From Vicugna vicugna (lineage: Eukaryota): a stretch of DNA of 64,000 bases. Under the pieces are notes generated by a model. The model was not told the origin of the DNA. It saw only the letters and a list, made by a program, of their open reading frames with translations, and ran no database searches. This document shows positions 53,901 to 64,000 of this stretch, piece after piece (position 1 is the first letter of the stretch; every line of letters starts with the position of its first letter). Both the position numbers and the translations under genes were made by a program. The stretch covers positions 1,140,917-1,204,916 of the forward strand of contig MU058418.1 in the NCBI GenBank assembly GCA_013265495.1. Direction: 5' to 3'.

Positions 53901-54925
53901 GGGATACTTTAAAAAATGGGCAGAGGAACTGAGTAGACATTTTTCCAAAGAAGACATATAAATGGCAATAGGTATATGAAAAGATGCTCAACATCAACAA
54001 TCATCAGGGAAGTGCAAATCAAAACCACAATGAGCTATCTATCACCTCACATCTGTTAGAATGTCTACTCTCAAAAAGTCAGATCAGTGTTGGGGAGAAT
54101 GTGGAGAAATGGAAACCCTCGTACACTGTTTATGGGACTATAAATTGGTGCAGCCACTATGGAAAACAGTATGGAAGTTCCTCAGAAAATTAAAAATAGA
54201 AGTAACATGATCCAGCCATCTCTTTTCTGGGTATTTATTCAAAGGAGGTGAAATCACTCTCTTGAAGAGATATGCACTCCCATGTTCTTTGCAGCATTAT
54301 TTACAGTAGCCAGCATGTGGAGACAACCTAAGTGTCAATCAATGGGTGAATGGCGAAAGAGGATGTGGTATATATATTTATGCACACACACTGGAATATA
54401 TATACATATACATACACACACAATGGAATATTTTTCAGCTGTGAGAAAAAAGGAAATCCTGCCATTTGTGACAAAATAAATGAGCTTTGAAGGCATTATG
54501 CTTAGTGAAATAAGTCAGACAAGAGAAAGACAAATACCGGATGATATCACTTGTATGTGAAAACTAAAAAAGCTGAATTGATAGAAACAGAGAGTAGATT
54601 GGTGGTTACCAGGGGGCTCAGGAGTGGGGGAAAGGGAGAAATGTTGGTTAAAGGGTACAAACTTTCAGTTATAAGATGACTAATGTGTATATATAGCATG
54701 GCGATTATGGTTAACAGTACTGTATCATGTACTTGAAAGTTGCTAAGGGAATAGATTTTAAAATATTCTCACCACAAAAAAAGAAATGGTAATTATGTAA
54801 GATGATGGAGGTGTTAACCAACACTACTGTGGTAATCATTTTGCAATATACTAAGTGTATCAGTTTTATACCTTAAGTTTACCCAATGTTGTACATCAAT
54901 TATATCTCAGTAAAGCTGGGAAAAA
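50936..54925 (+). mobile_element. Old L1 (L1MA8/9-like) with 5'UTR, ORF1, ORF2 start, a large internal deletion and 3'UTR
   Basis: GC-richer 5' region ~50936-52100; ORF1 remnant ~52120-53050; endonuclease text (taaatgtaaatggatta, tatgcacccaa) ~53520-53910; 3' end tcaattatatctcagtaaagctgggaaaaa. Confidence 0.88.
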
Positions 54926-57294
54926 GTCACTGTCTTTTTAAGGATTTATATGCATACGTATCTCTCTATATACCTAAGCATTCAGTTTTGTTTTGCTGTA
55001 AATCAGTGGAGTAGTAGCTATATCTTAATCTAACTTGTGCTTTTATCCCCTGGAGATATCCTGGAGGTCTTTTGATCTCAGATATAACTCTATCTCATTC
55101 TTTTAAATGGCTGCTCTATTGTTTTTAAAACTACTCTGCTATTTCTATATACTTGGGTTCATTCTAGCTTTTAACTTATCAAATAATGCTTTAAAAAAAA
55201 CCTGTTTACAAATGTATTTTTAGTCACATGAGTCAAAGTTTATATAGATTAGATTCCTAGAAATGGAGTTTCTAAATCAAATGTTCTGTGCATTTGAAGC
55301 TTTGTGAGGTTTTGTCAAATTATTCTTCACTTGTGTGTTAGCTAACACTGAAAATTAAATGGTGAAATTGAATTACAAATGGTAAGATGATACTTTTTAA
55401 AGAAGCCACATTAACCCTTCTAGAACACAATGGGGTATATAAATAAATAAATGACAAAAAGTCACGTGGAGATGAGGTATGATGCTCTGGGAATTTTATT
55501 GGATGTTGCTTGTACATATTGAGTCAGCAAACAAGTTACTGCAAAATGATAATTACCGGAATATTTAAGGGTGGTAGAATTTTTGAGCTTTTGTTCTATG
55601 TCTTGTTCTGAACATAGGAAGCATGTGTAGTGGTGGTGAACACATGGTCTGCAGAGCTGAGTTCATTCAGTTCTTCTGCTCCCTATGAGCTAAATAACTA
55701 CAGAGAAATAGAGATTAGAATATTCGATCTTCTTCAACCTCAAGTACTGCATTGGTAAATTGAGGCCAATAATTGTCTTTATAGGTTGTTGTAAAATTAA
55801 CTACCAATGAATGGTAGCTGTTGTTGTTTTTATTCTTCTGTAACAGTGTTATGAAGATAACCATGATTAAATATTTATCTTCTGGATTAAATGGCGGTAG
55901 GGCATCCTCTGTATAACAACCAGAAAAAATGTAAACTCTCTGTAGCATCCCATAGCTCAAAGGTTACTACTTTTTTGATGAACAGAAACAGTCTCTTATA
56001 AACATTAGGATTTTTTGTTTTGTTTACAACTTCTATGCCAAAACAATTTGATGGTATAAGCACACAACTTCATCATTTCTGACTTGTTCACCATCCTGCC
56101 ACAAAGCTATTTGGAATGCATACTGATATCTTAGATCATCCAAATTAATTAAGTCTTATCAGGAAACTGATATGCTAATGGAATCCAAGGTCTTGACCAA
56201 GTTGACGAAGTCAATACAGATTTTTGCTCTCCACAATTTCCTACTTCATAATAGTTTAAAGATGATAAATTCTATGTTACTAGAGTCCAAATATTTTCTA
56301 GAAATCAGTATGTCTAAGATAAGGCATATGAAGAGAAAGAAAGTCATTGACATTCTGAACAAGACCTCTCATTACACAACAGTAGTTGCTACAGACAGAT
56401 GTTTCACCTTTCCTTTTGGAGGTGGTGAGAGTGGTGGTGTGATTGAAGGACGATGATTCCATCTCAGAGTTTCAAACACTGACAGGGAGACCATACAACT
56501 GTTGTGCTGGCCTTTTAGAGCTGCTTGCTGAGTTTGATCAGGTATGCCTTTAGATGTTGGTGCTTTGCTTCCTTTTTAAAAATTTTTTTTGTAATATAAT
56601 TACTTTGAAAATATTTTTAGTGACATATTCAGAAACTCATTATTTCAAAGAAGTATTGGGATGTTCTAAATCATAGAGGTGTTCAAAAAGACAGAGATGT
56701 AACCTCATTTACAATGAGAGATGTGAATTGAGAACCTAACTCTGTAAACTTAATGATCCTCTTATTTGAGATGTTATTATCCTTTGCTGGGCTGATCTGT
56801 AGTATTTTATCACCTGGATCATCTTCTGTCCTTTCTGTACATTCCTGTAGTTTTTTTTCCCCCTCTAGGCAGATTTGTTTCAAACTTTTTTCATGTAGTC
56901 AGACTACTCCAGTTTTAGAACATGTCTCCAGCCCACATTAAGTTTGATCAATCCTTTGTTTCCTTGATATTCTATTTTTTTCCTTTGTTCATTCAAATGG
57001 TGCTTGACAACTCATGTACTTTTATGTCCTTTACCTGCATTGCAGAGTAATGCTGATTTCCTTTTCATCTCAGTTCATCCAAACCTAAGCAAGAAGGAAA
57101 TCAATGCTACCAGTCTCTGGCTCTGTGATTCTAGGATCATAAACACCAACTCTGAGTTATCTTATGGCTTTAGTTACTACCTGTGGTGGATATTGTGGTT
57201 ATTTCCCACAAATCCCTTTCATATTTCTGCTATTGTGTAGTAGCCATTTGATTTGGATGGAACTGATCAGAGGTGGGGCCTGATTAGACTAAGC

Positions 57295-57467
57295 CATTGA
57301 TTCTCAACTTTGGCTGCCCATCAGAATCATTTAAGGAGCTTAAAACAAGAGAGACAAATTCAGTCAACCAAATTGTCCCCTGCAGAAATGTCTGGGAGTA
57401 GAGCCTGGGCATTGGACACTTTCTAAATTCCCAGCTGAAGCCAACATGCAGCCAGTGTTGAGAACTG
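57295..57467. mobile_element. MER5-like hAT-Charlie fossil
   Basis: attctcaactttggctgcccatcagaatca...tgcagccagtgttgagaac. Confidence 0.7.
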
Positions 57468-57734
57468 GTCTACCCACCAGGGTATTTCCATCTTCTCTGC
57501 TACTTACATTGATTTAAGAAACTCAAACCTAGACCAGTCAGCTTGTGCCATTCCCCAAGCTACATGAATTGGTTGTGATGGATATAATCAGCCCAATCAA
57601 CTTAACCCGGGACTTTAGTTTTATGGATATGGAAGTGTTCTCTGTTTTATCTCTTTGTTGTGAGGAAACTTTGCCTTGGGATGAAATTCTTAACTTACGG
57701 GAGTACAGAACTCCTTGAATGAGTTTCTAGTCTC

Positions 57735-57880
57735 AGCCGGGTTCTCAAGACTCTCTCCTGGACCATATTTTAGTAAGCCTCTGAGCTGTCTTCTCTACTA
57801 GGCCTTGACTTTGGCCTACCATGTCTGTGTCTATCTATGCTGAGTCCAGTTTTAGCAAGAATCTTGCTAAGTCAGTTCCC
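57735..57880. mobile_element. ERV1-type LTR fragment (MER34/MER39-like)
   Basis: ttctctactaggccttgactttggcc...ccagttttagcaagaatcttgctaagtcagtt. Confidence 0.5.
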
Positions 57881-58444
57881 ATGGAAGTTCCATGAGAAAA
57901 GTCTGTACTGGCTGACTTCTTTCTATAGTTCCTATCATGGTGACTTGCACCTAAGCTTTACACATAGATGAGTTTGCTTAAGATCTGTTCAGTTGATCAG
58001 TATTTACTGAGCATTCACTATGTACTAGATGCTGTGCTAGGTGCTGGGGATACAATAATGAACAAAAGAGAGATGATCCTTGTCTTTTGAAGGCTTGAAA
58101 CCCAAATCTGTTTCTATTATATCAATCATTGTAGGAAAACTTCTAGTTTGTTATGTGCATATAATATAGCTGGATAGATTCTCTAAAAATCTGTCCCATA
58201 TCATTTTTGTATGCAGTTAAGTTGTACATAAGTAAGCAAATCTATTCATTGCAACATAGCTGCTGCTTAAGATAACCGTTGAGGCTAGAGGCCTTACTTG
58301 GTTAGCATATGAGCAGCAAGCAGCAGAGGTAGATCTTTCTGCAGGAGGCTGACAGAGTACTGCAAGAACTTCCCAGTAAACCCACATGAATTTTGCATTG
58401 CTTTGTATATCCAAGGAAGAGCCTTGGTTGCTTGAACATATCCT

Positions 58445-58695
58445 GTGGTGGCAATATGGCAAAGTAGTTAAGAATGTGAACACTGGAGCTAGAATGCTTG
58501 AGTTTGAATCCTGGTTCTACCACTTTGTGCTCTTTGGCAACGGAGAAGTTGCATAACTTCTCTGTGTTTTATATCCTTATTTATCTAAAAAATGGGAATA
58601 ATAATAATGCTTATCTTTTAGAGTGGTTAAGAGGAATATAAAAACTTTAGAATGGTTGCTGGCACAAGGTAAGCCCTTATATCACTGTTTGCTAT
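58445..58695 (+). mobile_element. MIR SINE
   Basis: gtagttaagaatgtgaacactggagctagaatgcttgagtttgaatcctggttctaccac...aaaatgggaataataat. Confidence 0.8.
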
Positions 58696-59654
58696 TTGAT
58701 GATGTTGATGACATCAAACAAAAGATAGACCCATTTATTTACATCTCAAATTCTCTGAGTTTATGGCCGTCTTATTATGCAATCTTTTAAAATATGAGAA
58801 TCTTTGTGTGTATTTTGAAGAAGAGAGTAATCTTGGAGATTAACTTGTACTTTCCTTTTTCCACCCATGAGAGAGGGGAGATTATCATCATCATTGGGCT
58901 CCCACCCTGCTTTGTAGGGCCTGTGAGCATACGGTGCTGTGCAGTTAGTTAAGTAGGCATTCCCTGCTCTCATGGAGTTTACTTTCCAAGGTGGACAGTA
59001 TCAGTTTAGATGATTAAGTAAAGGTCATAAAAACAGTGGACTATGTCCAGACTCTTTAAACATAGAAAATGTCCTATATAATGGAAATTTACAGTAATAC
59101 AACCCATTAATATGTAGAATTTCATATAGGGTGCATATATCTCATTCACAGGTTTGTAATAAATACCTAAAGGAAATCACAATAGAATCATATAGTATGG
59201 ACCTCTAGAAGAGCAATTGGCATATTTATACTGGGCAGAGGTAATTACTTTCAGACAGGGATAGAGGAGTTGGAGAGTAAAAGTTAATCCTGTAAATTGT
59301 ATAAGGTGAAAGAAAAATGATCCTGTGGCTAATGCTTAATGAGGCAGTGTGACACCATGGGAAGACCATGGATTTGGGGGTGAGAATGACCTGGGCAGAT
59401 CATGGCTCAGCTACCTACAAACTGTGTGTCCTCTTTGGCGTTCTGTGAATTCTAAGGAGAACTGTGTTCCCTTCCAACTGTAGCTGCAGAAAGAGTCAGA
59501 TTTGTGGCTCACCTTACAAGCAAGTGTATTTAGTTGTACTTTTTAGCTTCAGTCCTGGCTTTTTTTTTTTTAAATCTCACAATTGTTTTTGCCTTTTTTT
59601 TTTTTTCCTACTTTTTAAAAATGCCTTCCTGTATGCTTATAAATGGAACAAGAT

Positions 59655-60051
59655 TGTATTGGTTTACTAGGGCTACCATAACAAAATAGCACAGCTTGGG
59701 TGGCTTAAACAACAGAAATGTATTTTCTCACAGTTCTGGAGGCTGGAAGTCCAAGATTGAGGTGTTGACAGGGTTGATTTCCTCTGAGGCCTCTCTCCTT
59801 GACTTGCAAATGGCTGTCTTCTCCCCCGTCTTCACATGGTCCTTCCTTTGTGCACACACACATCTCTGTCCTAATTTCCTCCTCTTATAAGGACACCAGT
59901 CATATTGGATTAGGACCCACCAAAAACACCTTGTTTTAATGTAATCACCTTTCAAGACTCAAATGTGTCTCCAAATACAGTCACATTCTGAGGTACTGGG
60001 GTTAGAACTTGAACATATGAATTTGCAGAGGACACAATTCAGCCCATGGCA
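59655..60051 (-). mobile_element. MLT1 (ERVL-MaLR) solo LTR, MLT1A/B/C-like
   Basis: TG...CA termini; ggtggcttaaacaacagaaatgtattttctcacagttctggaggctggaagtccaagat. Confidence 0.88.
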
Positions 60052-61526
60052 GTGATTAAAACAATAATAACCTCTCTCATAAATTTCCTTAACTATAAAA
60101 TGAGGATATAAAAACGATTACCTTGTTCTGTGTATAATTATTGTGATGATTATAATGAGATAGATTCAAGTCACTTGCCTAGCACAATTGAGTAATATAA
60201 TAGGTAATTTTGCAATTGTTGAATATCTTCCTTTCCTACTTTTTGGCAGGGGAGAGAAAGTATGAAATTGCTTGATAGAAAGAAGGGATATAGACCTTAT
60301 CTGTTTAAGTGATGGGGTGTGAGTGTTTCAAGTGTGAGAGACAACTGGGGTAGCCAGAGTAGGAGTGGGGAAGTGGAGAAAAAAGTTTTTATTTACTTTG
60401 GAGTATGAGATGATCGAGAAAGTAAAGGAGCTGAGGTGCCTTGAGGTAGGCTTTGAGGTTGGGTCTACTCCAAAACCCAAAATGTCCAAAGAAGAACTTA
60501 GCCCTGAAGCAAGAGAACATCAGCAATAGTGTTAAGAATTGTAGACTGAAAGGGATCATAATTCAATTTCCTTTATTTTATGGAAGAGAAAACTGGAATC
60601 TAGAGAACTTAACTAATGGGCTAAAATCACACAGCTAGGCAACTGGTGGAAGACTTACCAACTTGGAAAAATTGTGTCCATGACTGGGAGGAGAAGAAAA
60701 TGATAAGTTGATGAAAATGTCTGAATTCTACCAGAATGTTAGAGCTGAAGCTGTATCTTATTTATTATGTATCTCCAGTAACCAAGGATGTGTCCAACAT
60801 ATAATATTCAATGATGTTTGCTAGGTTGATTCAAAATGAATACTGAATTTACAGGAGACTTGTTAAACCATAGGTGTACATTTTTGTGAATAAAATAATG
60901 TAGCATATTTATGAAATATGAAATGTCTTTCATGTCATCATGAAAATCAATATTCCAAAAAAATACATTAATAAGTGAATGTCTTAAGACTGCTGGATAT
61001 AAGGGTAATACTCAAAAATCAATTATATTTCTTTATACCAGTAGCAAACACATACTTAGGAATGACTGGTGGGAGTGTAGGTTGTGCAGTCACCTTGGAA
61101 AACTGGCAATATTCATTAAAGTGAGTATACTCTTACCTTATGGCCAAGTAGTTACTCTTCTAAGTAGTGTATATGTCCAAAAAGAGCATGTGCATGTATG
61201 CATCAAAAATCATGTGCAGGAAACTTTGTGGCTGCGTTGTTTGAAAGAGCTAATAAGTAGAAACAACACAAATGTCCATCAGCAGTAGAATGAGTCAGTA
61301 AATTGTGTCATATTCACATAATGAATATGATACAACAATCAATATACTACAGCTAAAGAAAACATGTGGATGGATGAATCTTGTAAACCATGAAGGAGCC
61401 CAATCACAAAAGAATATATACTTTATAATGCCACTTATATAGGCTCCAGAAACAGGCAAGGATTCTATGATGCTAGAATCAGAATACTGGCTACTTTTGG
61501 AAAGGTAAAAGAGGATACTCTTTCTT

Positions 61527-61794
61527 TTTCTTTTTTTTTTTTAACATTTTTTATTGATTTATAATCATTTTACAATGTTGTGTCAAATTCCAGTGTTCAG
61601 CACAATTTTTCAGTCATTCATGGACATATCCACACTCATTGTCACATTTTTTTCTCTGTGATTTATCATAACATTTTGTCTATATTTCCCTGTGCTATAC
61701 AGTGTAATCTTGTTTATCTATTCTACAATTTTGAAATCCCAGTCTATCCCTTCCCACCCTCTACCCCCCCCCCCCCCCGGTAACCACAAGTCTG
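61527..61794 (-). mobile_element. Short 3' fragment of the young L1 family, inserted in an old L1 3'UTR
   Basis: Reverse complement matches ~24665-24908. Poly-T tail; 16-bp TSD gaggatactctttctt at 61511-61526 and 61795-61810. Confidence 0.93.
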
Positions 61795-62718
61795 GAGGAT
61801 ACTCTTTCTTGATTGAGGTGGACACTTATTTGTATCCTTTTCTGTATTTGTTATAATTAAATTATAAAAGGCTTAAAAGTATATAGAAGTTTCTGTGTTA
61901 AATATTTATATATTATTGCTTAAAGCTTAAAAATAGTAGCACATGATTATTTTAAATGAGACTGAAGCAGCTATAATAAAATGTATAGCTGCTTCAGTAA
62001 GTATATTTAAATGTATAGCTGCCTCAAAAAATAAACAAAATTAAAACAGACATCTCCACCCAGTCTGCTACCCTTTTTTTGGTTCAGTATCTTTTTTGTA
62101 CTTTTACTTGTCATTTATTTATGGAATTGTATTCTTAGCAAACAAAACAGTACAGTATGCAGTGTAGCTTTTCAATATTTAAATATATAGTTATTTCTCT
62201 CATAGAACTTTTAAGTTATCAAAAAAGAATTAAGCTCAGAACTGTGTGTATAATATCCCAATTTCTCTATCTTTCTGTCTGTCATCATCTCTGTATGTAA
62301 AGTAAAAACTGGAAGAATATAAGCTATAAGCAAACTTTCTTCTAAGAAGGGAATAGACTTTTATTCCTACTTTTATACATTTGATATTTGAATTTTTTAC
62401 AATAAGCATGGATCACTTTTTTAGTTTAAAAAAGGTACATTTTTAGAGAATTAAGCAAAAAGATCTTAGTTATTAAAATATTTTATACCCTAGAACTAGA
62501 AAAAGTCTCAACCTTTTTTCCTTTTATGCTTATTAAAAATGTATAAAACCTATTAATTGAATGCTGTCAAGAGAAATGCCAATAATTTTGATCTTTAAAT
62601 TCTTACTTAATATAATTGCTTATCTAAGATATAAAACTTTGATTTATGTGGTTGTGTTTCTCCTCTTTTTTGAAATTTCTACAGTAAGCAATATTCCCTT
62701 TGTAATAAAAGCATATTT

Positions 62719-64000
62719 AAGTGGGTATAGAAGAAACATATCTCAACATAACAAAAGCTATTTATGACAAACCCACAGCAAACATAATAGTCAATGGTGA
62801 AAAGTTGAAAGCCTCCCCACTAAAATTGGAACAAGTCAAAGATGTCCACTCTCACTACTTCTTTTCAACATAGTATTGGAAGTCCTAGCCATAGCAATCA
62901 GAAATGAAAAAGAAAAAGGAATCCAAATTGGAAGAGAAGAGGTTAAATTGTCACTATATGTGGAAGACATGCATAGAAAACCCTAAAGGCTCCACACAGA
63001 AACTACTAGAGCTGATAAAATAATTTGGTAAGGTAGCAGGATACAAGATTAACATACAGAAATCAGTTGCATTTCTTTACACTAATAATGAAATGTCAGA
63101 AAAAGAAAATAAAGAAATAATCCCTTTTAAAATTTCATCTGAAAAAATAAAATACTTAGGAATAAATCTGACCAAGGAAGTGAAAGACTTATATGTGGAG
63201 AACTACAGAACACTCATTAAGGAAATTAAAGATGACTTAAAGAAATGGAAAGATATCCCATGTTCTTGGATTGGAAGAATTAATATTTTTAAAATGGCCA
63301 TACTCCCCAAAGCAATCTACAGATTTAATATGATCCCTATCAAATTACCCAGGACATTTTTCACAGAATTAGAACAAATAATCCTAAAATTTGTATGGAA
63401 TCACAAAAGACCCAGAATTGCCATAGTATCACTAAAGAAAAAGAATGAAGCTGGAGGAATAACCCTCCCAGACTTCAGACAATACTACAAAGCTATAGTA
63501 ATCAAAGCAATGTGGTATTGGCACAAAAAACAGACATATGAATCAATGGAACAGAATAGAGAGCCCAGAAATAAACCCCCACACTTATGTTCACTTAATC
63601 TTCAACAAAGGAGGTAAGAATATACAATGGAGAAAAGACAGTCTCATCAACAAGTGGTGCTGGGAAAGCTGGACAGCCGCATATAAATCAGTGAAATTAG
63701 AACACTCCCTTACACCATATGCAAAAATAAACTCAAAATGGCTCAAAGACTTAAACATAAGACAAGACACTATAAACTTCATAGAAGAAAACACAGACAA
63801 AACACTTTCTGATGTAAATCTTAGCAGTGTTCTCCTAGGGCAGTCTACCTACGCAATAGAAATAAAAGCAAAAATAAACAAATGTGACCTAGGTAAACTT
63901 ACATGCTTTTGCACAGTGAAGGAAACCATAAGCAAAACAAAAAGACAGCCTACAGAATGGGAGAGAATATTTGCAAATAATGTGACTGACAAGGGCTTAA
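62719..64000 (+). mobile_element. 5'-truncated L1 ORF2, running off the window end
   Basis: ORF 63093-63617 ([16 protein letters not shown]...WIGRINI), colinear with 22649 onward; frameshifted. Confidence 0.95.

Noticed and set aside
57852..57870. Inverted repeat ttagcaaga-a-tcttgctaa
   Set aside because: Falls inside an LTR-like fragment and is probably inherited from it.
194..63800. Remaining short 60-120 aa ORFs in the track
   Set aside because: Repeat-derived or random ORFs with no recognisable domains or splice-consistent structure.

Overview
AT-rich mammalian genomic DNA, probably camelid (inferred from vic-1-like tRNA-derived SINEs). The window lies inside the AFG1L (LACE1) mitochondrial AAA+ ATPase gene on the + strand. 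Four internal coding exons (6665-6766, 7687-7817, 16255-16354, 33482-33540) have canonical AG/GT boundaries and join in frame to give (G)TGKT...LLCFDEFQ...FIAVLK, covering Walker A and Walker B. The rest is intron filled with L1s of several ages, L2, L3/CR1, MIR, SINEs, DNA-transposon fossils, LTR fragments and simple repeats. The most notable item missed by the ORF track is a decayed RAB22A-like processed pseudogene at ~26.66-27.4 kb. Other points of interest are two triplicated tandem units, a 469-bp polypyrimidine tract, poly(A)-only insertions with target-site duplications (TSDs), a hairpin/duplication scar, clustered L1 truncation points and repeat-poor candidate enhancer blocks. I see no convincing novel biological system. 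Gene and repeat-family names come from my recall of known sequences, not from database searches.
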